A DNA stretch of 64,000 nucleotides. Origin: an uncultured Ignavibacteriales bacterium (lineage in GTDB: Bacteria; Zixibacteria; MSB-5A5; GN15; FEB-12). The stretch spans positions 9,966 to 73,965 of the forward strand of contig CAZUAS010000001.1 of assembly GCA_964618515.1 (NCBI GenBank), written 5' to 3'. A model generated the notes under the pieces. The model was not told the origin of the DNA, did no database searches, and worked only from the letters and a program-made list of their open reading frames with translations. The translations under genes and the position numbers were made by a program. Of the stretch, positions 48,606 to 57,266 are shown in pieces (positions within the stretch are counted from its first letter, which is position 1; every line of letters begins with the position of its first letter).

Positions 48606-48621
48606 ATAAACAATTGTTTAT
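48606..48621. promoter_or_regulatory. perfect 16-bp palindrome ATAAACAATTGTTTAT (candidate MerR/CarH-type operator)
   Basis: Read directly from the sequence. Lies in the divergent region between the carH-like gene and the DUF378 operon. Further ATTGT(T/A)T copies occur at 48631, 48695 and 48706. Confidence 0.4.
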
Positions 48622-48726
48622 ATTCTTAAAATTGTTTCTTTTTTAAAATAAACATGAACCAACAGAAAATATTTTTGTTGCAATTTCTAAAGAATTTGTT
48701 TAATAATTGTATAAATAATATAATGA

Positions 48727-49689
48727 GTGGAAAAATCTATGGCTCAAAAAAACTATATAAAAGGAATGGGAATCGAAGCTGTTTCGGCGTTTACCGGTCT
48801 CAGTAAACACCTGATAAGAATCTGGGAAAGGCGATATGGCGCCGTCAAGCCAAAGCGCACCCATTCCAATCGCCGCCTTTACACCGACGCCGACATGCAT
48901 CGCTTACAGCTTTTGAACAGGGCTGTTAAAGCCGGTCACCGCATCGGCGATATTGCCGCCTTGCCTGCCAGTCGGCTCGAAGCCCTGGCGGCCGGCACTC
49001 CGCTGAAGCCGGTATCAAGTCGTGCCGGTAAATTGACATTTGCCGGGGAATACATCGAAACGGCGCTGGCAGCTGTATCGAAATTCAACCCCGATGAATT
49101 GGATGCCGCTCTCTACCGGGCCGAGGCAGAGCTTGGTCGGGAGCATGCCCTTCAGGAAGTTATAATACCCCTTATGGAAAAAATCGGGTCAAAGTGGAAG
49201 GAGGGAAGCCTGCGCGTATCCCAGGAACATCTCGGAACCTCAATAATCCGTAATCATATCGGTTCTCTACTCAGTACCAGTAAGCATTCACCAGAGGCAC
49301 CATCAATCGTAACCGCCACACCGGTAGGGCAATTGCACGAAATCGGCGCTCTCATAGCCGCGGTATCGGCTGCCCTTGACGGCTGGCGGTCTATCTATCT
49401 GGGGGCGAATCTTCCAGCCGATGAAATCGCCGGCGCCGCCATCCAGACCAAAGCCCGAGCCGTGGCGTTGAGCCTGGTTTACCCTGCCGACGACCCGATA
49501 CTTTCTGTCGAACTCAGAAAATTGAAAAAAATGCTACCTGCCTCAGTAACGCTTTTTGTCGGCGGCCGCGCCGCTGAAGGGTATTTTCAGGTTCTCCGGG
49601 AGATAGACGCTGTTTATCTGGCTAACCTCGATGACTTTCGGCAGAATCTTGGAAAACTGAGGAAGGGAAACTCTGGTGAACAGCTGTAA
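48727..49689 (+). CDS. carH: MerR-family regulator with B12-binding photoreceptor module (CarH/LitR-like)
   Basis: N-terminal MerR HTH (FTGLSKHLIRIWERRYG...R.Y). Wx9EH motif (W157...E167-H168). B12 motif QLHEIG (His204) and a downstream GG. The start could be GTG 48727 or ATG 48739. Confidence 0.8.
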   Translation: MEKSMAQKNYIKGMGIEAVSAFTGLSKHLIRIWERRYGAVKPKRTHSNRRLYTDADMHRLQLLNRAVKAGHRIGDIAALPASRLEALAAGTPLKPVSSRAGKLTFAGEYIETALAAVSKFNPDELDAALYRAEAELGREHALQEVIIPLMEKIGSKWKEGSLRVSQEHLGTSIIRNHIGSLLSTSKHSPEAPSIVTATPVGQLHEIGALIAAVSAALDGWRSIYLGANLPADEIAGAAIQTKARAVALSLVYPADDPILSVELRKLKKMLPASVTLFVGGRAAEGYFQVLREIDAVYLANLDDFRQNLGKLRKGNSGEQL

Positions 49690-49694
49690 CCGGA

Positions 49695-49713
49695 CCGGGT
49701 CGCCCCCGGTTTT
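49695..49713 (+). terminator. weak intrinsic terminator after the carH-like gene
   Basis: CCGGG-N5-CCCGG stem followed by TTTT. Confidence 0.4.
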
Positions 49714-49768
49714 CCCCAGCTTACTCAGGAATCCTTTCGCTATTTTTGCTTCAACCCACGGGTAGCCT

Positions 49769-49800
49769 GTTTTCCTCGTTCCCACGCTCCGCGTGGGAAC
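49769..49800. repeat. palindromic element A: (G)TTTTCCTC + GTTCCCACGC-TCC-GCGTGGGAAC
   Basis: Perfect 10-bp stem with a 3-nt loop at 49778-49800. Confidence 0.7.
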
Positions 49801-49853
49801 TCCGTCCTCGACACTGTGCGTCAATTCAGAAGCGCAAAACGCCCCCGCATTGC

Positions 49854-49884
49854 GTTCCCACGGAAACCATGGGAACGAGAAAAT
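49854..49884. repeat. palindromic element B: GTTCCCA-CGGAAACCA-TGGGAAC + GAGAAAAT
   Basis: 7-bp stem (9 bp allowing one mismatch). Its 3' arm plus flank is the reverse complement of the 5' arm plus flank of element A (TGGGAACGAG(G)AAAA). Confidence 0.7.
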
Positions 49885-49910
49885 AGGCACAAGTTCAGGT
49901 AGAAAGACAG

Positions 49911-49932
49911 GTCGAAACCCTTGGGTTTCGAC
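49911..49932. repeat. hairpin C: GTCGAAACC-CTTG-GGTTTCGAC
   Basis: Perfect 9-bp stem. A homologous hairpin with compensatory changes lies at 61570-61592. Confidence 0.7.
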
Positions 49933-49960
49933 TAGCTTAAAAAAAGAAAAATATGTATAC

Positions 49961-49976
49961 AGGCAGAACCGTTGCA
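49961..49976 (+). promoter_or_regulatory. sigma-54-like -24/-12 element AGGCAG-N5-TTGCA
   Basis: GG-N10-GC spacing is correct and the -12 TTGCA is exact. About 140 nt upstream of the M14 peptidase ATG and 97/173 nt downstream of palindromes B/A. Confidence 0.3.
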
Positions 49977-50116
49977 AGTTCCACCCCATGAAAACTATAA
50001 TTTTTTGTATGTTAGACTATTTTTTAATGCCACAAGACAAGTTACTAATCGGATAATAATGGACAATAAATATTTATGTAAAATTCAGATAAATACATCA
50101 GTCAAAAGGACCAGTT

Positions 50117-52285
50117 ATGAAAACTATATTTACTTCCCTGTATTTAATATTATTAATAATTTTAACGACAACTCTGACTAACTCGGCCGAAACCACCATC
50201 AAAATGCAGGTCCGTATATATTTCGAGAATAAAACCGAACTTATGAATTTGACCCGGCAACCACTCGATCGGATCGATATCCGGGAAAACTTCGTGGAGA
50301 TAGTCACCGTCGCGGTCGAACTGGACGCACTGAGGGGAGAAGGCTTTAAAACCGAAGTCGTCCACAAAGATCTGGTAGCTTACTTCCAATCCGGTTTTGA
50401 CTCCGCCCTGGATATGGGTGGTTATAAAACCCTGGCTGAGATGTATGCATATCTCGATAGCATGATTGCCGACCACCCCGATATAATATCTTCCAAGTTG
50501 AATATCGGCGAGACGGTCGAAGGGCGCCCGATGTGGGCGGTTAAAATTTCCGACTATTCCGATATCGCGGAAGGCGAAGAACCGGAGATTCTTTACACCG
50601 CCTGTATTCACGCCCGGGAACCCATTACGCCCGAAGTACTGCTCTATTTTATGGATTTCCTGACGGATAACTATGGCTTTGAACCGGAGGTCACCTGGCT
50701 CGTGGACAACCGGCAGATGTGGTTTATCGTGATGGTCAATACCGACGGTTATTATTTTAACGAAGTGACCTACCCCGGAGGCGGCGGCATGTGGCGCAAG
50801 AATCGTCAGGTAATCAACGAGGAATATATTGGAGTTGATTTGAACCGCAATTTTGGTTTTGCCTGGGGTTATAACGATGTCGGTTCTGATTGGTACCCGG
50901 GTTCCCAGACATATCGGGGAACTGCTCCTTTTTCGGAACCGGAAACCCGGAACATTCGCGATTTTGTCGAGGCTCATGATTTCAGGGTCTCCGTTTTTTA
51001 CCATTCCTATGGTAATCAGGTCCTCTGGCCCTGGGGATATGAAAGGCTCTACACTCCGGACCAACCGGCGTTTCTTGCTCTGGGTGACAGTATCAGTGCT
51101 ATGAACAGTTATAGAACCGGTACGATACCGGTTTTATACCTTGTCAACGGCGGCAGCGAAGACTGGCTATATGGCGAACAGACAACGAAAAATAAATGTA
51201 TGGCGCTGACGTTCGAGGTTGGGTCTGATTTCTGGCCCCCCTCCGCAGCCATCGACAGCCTGTGCCAGGTCAACCTTGGACCCAACCTGTTCTTAGCCCG
51301 CATCGTAAACGATATCTTTTTGCCCAATCCGCCCGCCGAACCTTTCGCTTACGTCACGGGAGAAGAGTTCGTTTCGGATTTCAATATTTACTGGACCCAT
51401 AATGATTCTCTTAACCCGGCGGTCGACTTCGACATCGAAGAATTTCGCGGTTTCCATCTTGTCGTCGATACCGCCGTCAGTCTGGAAAACTGGAAATATA
51501 AGGATGTCACTATTACCGAAGAGCGGGCGTTTTCCGGTTACCGGTCCTATTTTACGGGGACAGGCAACGGCGTTCGCAGTTTTATGCAAACCCAGGGACC
51601 CTATCTCGTTAAGCCGGGTGACAGGATTACTTTTTACACTTATTACGATCTTGAAGAAGATTGGGATTATGCATATGTCTAAATATCCCTTGACGGCATA
51701 ACGTTCACGTCGATTCCGGGAAACATAACAACAGACGAAAATCCTCACGGTTACAATCTGGGGTACGGCATCACCGGGACCTCGTCCGCCTGGGTGCCGG
51801 CTGAATTTGATTTGTCGGCCTTTATCGGGCAGAAAATACTGTTTCGGCTTGCCTGCTATACCGATTCTTATGTTTATAATGAAGGCACCTACTTCGACAA
51901 CATCCATCCCGCTGGCATTTTCGACCGGAAGCGCATCTACTCCCATGTCGCCGACACCGTCCTGGAATGCAACAATCGTTATACCGACGAATACTATTTC
52001 CGGCTCAAAGCCCGCGACGCCCAGAACGACATGAGCACTTATTCGAACATGGTGCACGTTTCGGTTGAGGGTACTTTTTATTGCGGCGACGCCAATTGCT
52101 CTCAAGAACTCGAACCTGATATCGCCGATATCACCCGGATTATTGACTACCTCTTTTTAAGTCATAGCCCGTTGTGCAATCCGGAAGCAGCCGATGTCAA
52201 CGGTTCCGGGGGGGAGCCGGATATTTCCGACATCACGTCACTCATCAGCTACCTGTATCTCGAGGGACCGGACTTAATATGTTAA
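50117..52285 (+). pseudogene. secreted M14 zinc carboxypeptidase with C-terminal beta-rich domain and dockerin-like module, interrupted by one in-frame TAA (51680-51682)
   Basis: Signal peptide plus M14 motifs (IHAREPITPE, HSYGN). Track ORFs 50117-51682 and 51794-52285 are in the same frame, and the 37 codons between them contain no further stop (YAYV*ISLDGITFTSIPG...). Confidence 0.75.
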
Positions 52286-52537
52286 ACCGGGGTACCCCAC
52301 AGTCCCCGTAGGTCATCTATAGAAAGGCACAAGTCAATAAATATTTTTATCAATCGGATTGCAACAATCACCTATTTGAGCTCAAACCTTTAGGATGGCC
52401 CACGATATTATTCTTTTGGGGTGGTTGCCCATTCAAGCCGTGGGACACTTTTAGGTCCAGACCTACGCTCGAGCTGACCACCCTAAATACAATTCCGACT
52501 TCTTCATATCTTTTCTATTATGCACCAGTCCTCGTAG

Positions 52538-52562
52538 GGCGGAACCTTTTAGCGGTTCCGCC
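52538..52562. repeat. hairpin GGCGGAACC-N7-GGTTCCGCC preceded by CCTCGT
   Basis: Perfect 9-bp stem about 75 nt downstream of the fumC stop with no U-tract. The CCTCGT flank resembles the elements at 49774 and 61013. Confidence 0.4.
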
Positions 52563-52637
52563 TATTTAAGTAATTAATCTGTCGAGGTCAGACAACTTTT
52601 TGAGCGCTTTCAAGAATCCCTTCCTGACAGTTTTTTT

Positions 52638-54038
52638 CTACTTCGCCTTCAAATTCGGGTTAATCATATTCTCCGGGCGAACTTTGGCGTCGAACTCCTC
52701 GGGGGTCAATAGCCCCAACGCCACCGCCGCCTCTTTGAGCGTGCTGTTGTCGGCATGCGCTTTCTTGGCAACCTTGGCGGCATTATCATACCCGATATGC
52801 GGGTTGAGCGCCGTCACCAGCATCAGCGAATTGTTCAGGTTCTTCCTGATATTTACTTCATTGGGTTCGATGCCCACCGCGCAGTGCTTGTTGAACATCT
52901 CACAGGCATCGGCCAGCAGGCGTATCGACTGTAACAGGTTGTAAATCATCACCGGCTTAAAAACATTCAGCTCAAAATTGCCCGAGGCGCCGCCGATATT
53001 GACAGAAACATCATTACCGATTACCTGTGCGCAAACCATGGTCATCGCCTCCGGCTGCGTCGGGTTGACTTTACCGGGCATGATCGACGAACCCGGTTCG
53101 TTGGCTGGGATAGTGATCTCGCCGATACCGCAACGCGGTCCCGAAGCCAGCCAGCGGATATCATTGGCAATTTTCATCAGCGAGCAAGCCAGGGTTTTCA
53201 TCACCCCCGAGGCTTCGACAACAGCATCGTGCGTAGCCAGTGCCTCGAATTTGTTCGGCGCCGTGACAAACGGTTTACCGGTCAGTTTGGCAATCGTAGC
53301 AGCGGACTTAACGGCAAAATCAGGATGCGTATTCAGCCCGGTGCCAACCGCCGTCCCGCCCAGCGCCAGAGGATAAAGCCTCTTTAAACAATCATTAATT
53401 CTTTCCAGACCCAGAGTCAGGGCGGCGGCATAACCGGAAAATTCCTGCCCCAGCGTCAACGGCGTGGCATCCATTAGATGCGTCCGGCCGATTTTGATGA
53501 TATGATTAAACTCATCGGCTTTTTTCTTTAAGGTATCGCGGAGTTGCCCGACCATCGGAATCAAACGCCGGTGAATTTCCTCCACCGCCGCGATATGCAT
53601 GGCCGTCGGGAAGGTATCGTTCGAAGACTGCGCCTTGTTGACATCGTCATTGGGGTGAATCGGCTTCTTGGAGCCCATCACGCCGCCGGCCAGCTCAATC
53701 GCCCGGTTGGAAATTACCTCGTTGGTATTCATATTAGTTTGCGTCCCCGAGCCGGTCTGCCAGATGACCAGGGGGAAATGTTCGTCCAGCTTACCCTCAA
53801 TCACCTCGTCAGCGGCCTTCACTATCAAATCGCCCTTCTCTTTCGGCAATAAACCCAGTTCCATATTGACCAGCGCGGCGGCTTTTTTCAAAATCCCCAT
53901 AGCCCTTATCAGTTCCCGCGGCATCCGCTCGCCGCCGATTTTAAAATGATGCAGCGAACGGGCTGTCTGGGCGCCGTAATACATGTTAGACGGAACTTTT
54001 ATCTCGCCCATTGAATCGGTTTCAATACGATATTCCAT
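52638..54038 (-). CDS. fumC: class II fumarate hydratase
   Basis: [11 protein letters not shown] signature. ATG 54038 after AGGAGG ([16 protein letters not shown]) is preferred to track start 54116. Confidence 0.9.
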   Translation of the reverse strand: MEYRIETDSMGEIKVPSNMYYGAQTARSLHHFKIGGERMPRELIRAMGILKKAAALVNMELGLLPKEKGDLIVKAADEVIEGKLDEHFPLVIWQTGSGTQTNMNTNEVISNRAIELAGGVMGSKKPIHPNDDVNKAQSSNDTFPTAMHIAAVEEIHRRLIPMVGQLRDTLKKKADEFNHIIKIGRTHLMDATPLTLGQEFSGYAAALTLGLERINDCLKRLYPLALGGTAVGTGLNTHPDFAVKSAATIAKLTGKPFVTAPNKFEALATHDAVVEASGVMKTLACSLMKIANDIRWLASGPRCGIGEITIPANEPGSSIMPGKVNPTQPEAMTMVCAQVIGNDVSVNIGGASGNFELNVFKPVMIYNLLQSIRLLADACEMFNKHCAVGIEPNEVNIRKNLNNSLMLVTALNPHIGYDNAAKVAKKAHADNSTLKEAAVALGLLTPEEFDAKVRPENMINPNLKAK

Positions 54039-54223
54039 GATAGCCTCCTGATTCGGATTATTATTTCTGCCGGGTTCCGGCCACCGGGGCGGAAAGAGCC
54101 TGGCAGGATTTATCATCTTGATTATGGAATTTAATATATGCTTTTGGGCGGTAAGCTCAAGTACGAAGTGACATATTTTGTGAAAAAAATAATTTTCCCG
54201 AAAGGGTTATAAGAAAAAAACAT

Positions 54224-54253
54224 TAAAAAACACCGCCTGACATAAAACGGTGT
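54224..54253 (-). terminator. intrinsic terminator after rpmA
   Basis: Stem ACACCG/CGGTGT followed by T5-6 on the minus strand. Confidence 0.6.
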
Positions 54254-54283
54254 TTAATTATCTATATTGTGAAGATTAGCGGT

Positions 54284-54535
54284 TTATTCGTAGACCGAGA
54301 CGCGCTTGCCGTCTTTACCGACCCGTTCATATTTCACTACCCCGGTGATTTTAGCGAACAGGGTGTGGTCTTTGCCGATACCGACATTATAACCAGGTTT
54401 TATTGGCGTACCGCACTGACGTACAATAATCGAACCGGCCGTAACAGCCTGACCGCTGTAAACCTTGGTGCCGCGTCGCTGTCCTTTCGAATCACGACCA
54501 TTGCGTGATGAACCTACACCTTTTTTATGTGCCAT
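54284..54535 (-). CDS. rpmA: 50S ribosomal protein L27
   Basis: [16 protein letters not shown]... is the canonical L27 N-terminus. Confidence 0.95.
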   Translation of the reverse strand: MAHKKGVGSSRNGRDSKGQRRGTKVYSGQAVTAGSIIVRQCGTPIKPGYNVGIGKDHTLFAKITGVVKYERVGKDGKRVSVYE

Positions 54536-54684
54536 ATTAACCTCAACAGTAACTTATTTTTCAATTTAACGGGGGCCTGTAATTACAGCCCATTTATAAA
54601 AAAAGCCAAAAAATATAATAAATATTTCAAATTAAGCAAGAGAAAAGATAATTATTTATATAACAACAACTTAATACTACAAAT

Positions 54685-54711
54685 AAGGTCGGGGCGGTAA
54701 CACCCGACCTT
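54685..54711 (-). terminator. hairpin after clpC
   Basis: Perfect 9-bp stem AAGGTCGGG/CCCGACCTT with a 9-nt loop. A T-rich tract follows on the minus strand. Confidence 0.5.
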
Positions 54712-54738
54712 ATCATACTACCAATTTTAAAAACTGCG

Positions 54739-57210
54739 TCAGGTGACTTTTTCTTCTTTGTTATTATTATTGGCTCGCACCGGTTTCTCAATCGGATTGA
54801 AAGTGAATAAAAGTTTATCCATTGTAGCCCCGATAACCAGGTCAAGGTCGCCGGCATATTGCCCGCGAAGAATTTCTTCTGCCAGGGGGTCTTCGAGATA
54901 ACGCTGCAGAGCGCGCTTAAGCGGCCGGGCGCCATAAGCCGGGTCATAACCCTTATCAACCAGAAATTCCTTGGCTTCGGGAGTCAGGTTGAAACTGATA
55001 CCCTTCTCGGCCAGTTGCTTGGCAATGTCCACCACCAGGATGTCAATAATCTGGGTGATATGATGACGTTCAAGCGAATGGAAAATAATTGATTCATCGA
55101 TACGGTTCAGAAGTTCCGGGTTGAAGAGTTTCTTCAGCTCGTCCTTGATTTTCTTTTTCATATGGTCATAGGACATACTTACTTCGCCGGCATCGAACCC
55201 CACCGTCTTTTCATCGCGGAGCTGTTTGGTGCCGATATTGGACGTCATGATAACCACGGTGTTTTTGAAATCTACTTTCCGTCCGAACGAATCCGTCAGA
55301 CAGCCTTCATCGAACAACTGCAGAAGGATATTGAAAACATCGGGATGAGCCTTTTCGATTTCATCCAGCAATACCACGGAATAAGGTTTGCGACGGACTT
55401 TCTCGGTAAGCTGGCCGCCTTCCTCATAACCGACATAACCGGGGGGCGCCCCGATTAAACGCGAGACGGCGAATTTTTCCATATACTCGGACATGTCAAT
55501 GCGAATCAGCGAGTCGACATCGTCAAAAAGAAAAGTCGCCAGCGAACGCGCCAGTTCGGTCTTACCCACCCCGGTCGGACCAAGGAAAATGAAGGTGCCG
55601 ATAGGTCGGCGGGGGTCGCCCAGTCCGGCCCGTGCCCGGCGAATCGCTTTAGATATAATCCCAATCGCTTCATCCTGACCAACAATGGTTTTCTTGAGTT
55701 CTTCCTCCATTCGTAACAGACGCTGCGACTCCTTTTCTTCCAGACGGAAAAGAGGAATACCGGTGATTTTGGACAGCACCGTAGCAACATCGTCTTCCGT
55801 CAGCGTAATCTTCTCCTGCTCACGGGCTTCTTCCCATTGTTTCTGAAGACGGGCCAGTTTTTCTTTTTCGGCTTTTATTTCATCGCGAAGCTGTGCGGCG
55901 GTCTCAAACGCCTGGTTCTTGACAGCCGCTTCCTTCTTGCTTTGTAATTCTACGATTCTGTTCTCTGTCTCGGTGAATTCTTCCGGACGGGTGTAAGTCG
56001 AAAGATGGGCTCGCGAACCGGCTTCGTCGATCAGGTCGATGGCTTTATCGGGCTGAAATTTGCCGGAAATATAACGGTTGGACAGGCGAACGGCGGCCCG
56101 GATGGCTTCGTCAGAAATTTTGATCTGATGATGCTCTTCGTATTTCGGCCGTAAACCCTCCAGGATAGCGATTGTCGCTTCCTCGGACGGCGGGTCGACC
56201 ATCACCGTCTGAAAACGGCGTTCAAGGGCGCCGTCTTTTTCGATATACTTGCGGTACTCATTAAGAGTAGTAGCGCCGATACACTTGAGCTCACCGCGGG
56301 AAAGCGCCGGTTTGAAAATATTAGAAGCATCCAGCGAACCCTCCGCTCCGCCAGCGCCGACTATCGTATGCAGTTCGTCAATGAAAATAATCACATCGGT
56401 GGAATTGATGATTTCATTCATCACGGCTTTGAGCCTTTCCTCAAACTGCCCGCGATATTTGGTCCCGGCCACCAGGGAAGCCATATCCAGCGTTACGACA
56501 CGTTTATTTTCAAGGGTTTGAGGCACGTTGCCGTCCACAATCCGCTGTGCCAGACCTTCGACAATAGCCGTTTTGCCCACGCCCGGTTCACCAATCAGTA
56601 CCGGGTTGTTTTTCTTGCGGCGGGAAAGTACCTGACAAACCCGTTCAATCTCGTATTCCCGACCGATAGTCGGGTCCAGTTTCCCTTTGCGGGAAAGCTC
56701 GGTCAAATCGCGGCCAAAATGGTCCAGAGCCGGTGTCTTGGTTTTCTTGCGCTTTTTCTTAAATGATGACGGTTTCTCATTATGAATATTTTTCAGCTCT
56801 TCATAAGCTTCTTTATAATCAATCTCATAAGTGGACAGAACCTGAGCCGCCACTCCCTCTTCATCTTTTAAAAGAGCCAGCAGAATATGCTCGGTGTCGA
56901 TATCTTTCGACTTCAAAGCCCGGGCTTCTTGACCGGAAACCTCCAGGGTCTTTTTGGCACGGGCAGTAAGCGGCAGCGTACCCATCGTCATTGTTCCGCC
57001 GGAAGGCTGCACCACTTCCTCGATGGCGGACCGTAAATCATCCATTTCAAGACCCAGGTTGGTAAGGATTTCCACTGCCAGGCCTTCGCCAAGGCGAATG
57101 ATACCTAACAGAAGATGTTCCGTCCCGATATAATCGTGCTTGAGGCGCGAGGCTTCGTCACGGGCATACTCTATTGCTTTTCGGGCGGCTTCTGTAAACA
57201 TCTCATTCAT
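54739..57210 (-). CDS. clpC: AAA+ Clp chaperone ClpC (two Clp-N repeats, two NBDs, UVR-containing M-domain)
   Basis: 823 aa with two Walker A motifs ([18 protein letters not shown]) and a UVR-like segment ([10 protein letters not shown]). Confidence 0.9.
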   Translation of the reverse strand: MNEMFTEAARKAIEYARDEASRLKHDYIGTEHLLLGIIRLGEGLAVEILTNLGLEMDDLRSAIEEVVQPSGGTMTMGTLPLTARAKKTLEVSGQEARALKSKDIDTEHILLALLKDEEGVAAQVLSTYEIDYKEAYEELKNIHNEKPSSFKKKRKKTKTPALDHFGRDLTELSRKGKLDPTIGREYEIERVCQVLSRRKKNNPVLIGEPGVGKTAIVEGLAQRIVDGNVPQTLENKRVVTLDMASLVAGTKYRGQFEERLKAVMNEIINSTDVIIFIDELHTIVGAGGAEGSLDASNIFKPALSRGELKCIGATTLNEYRKYIEKDGALERRFQTVMVDPPSEEATIAILEGLRPKYEEHHQIKISDEAIRAAVRLSNRYISGKFQPDKAIDLIDEAGSRAHLSTYTRPEEFTETENRIVELQSKKEAAVKNQAFETAAQLRDEIKAEKEKLARLQKQWEEAREQEKITLTEDDVATVLSKITGIPLFRLEEKESQRLLRMEEELKKTIVGQDEAIGIISKAIRRARAGLGDPRRPIGTFIFLGPTGVGKTELARSLATFLFDDVDSLIRIDMSEYMEKFAVSRLIGAPPGYVGYEEGGQLTEKVRRKPYSVVLLDEIEKAHPDVFNILLQLFDEGCLTDSFGRKVDFKNTVVIMTSNIGTKQLRDEKTVGFDAGEVSMSYDHMKKKIKDELKKLFNPELLNRIDESIIFHSLERHHITQIIDILVVDIAKQLAEKGISFNLTPEAKEFLVDKGYDPAYGARPLKRALQRYLEDPLAEEILRGQYAGDLDLVIGATMDKLLFTFNPIEKPVRANNNNKEEKVT

Positions 57211-57266
57211 TCTGTGTCTTTCCTTCTTTTATAAAAATATATATAATCATCAATTATTGAAACATT

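Noticed and set aside
49911-49932. Possible CRISPR repeat (GTYGAAAC / GTTTCRAC termini resemble CRISPR repeat ends); also at 61570-61592
   Set aside because: These are single palindromic copies with no regularly spaced direct repeats or spacers, and there are no cas genes in the window.
51680-51682. TAA reassignment or systematic read-through as the explanation for the in-frame stop
   Set aside because: Many well-supported genes in the window terminate at TAA at the expected position (for example the carH-like gene, the dockerin ORF and the methyltransferase), so TAA is a functional stop in this genome.
52416-52489. tRNA-like appearance (7-8-bp terminal stem GGGGTGGT/ACCACCC(T))
   Set aside because: The enclosed 51 nt cannot be folded into D, anticodon and T arms on either strand. 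There is no GTTC(G/A)A T-loop and no 7-nt anticodon loop with U33.
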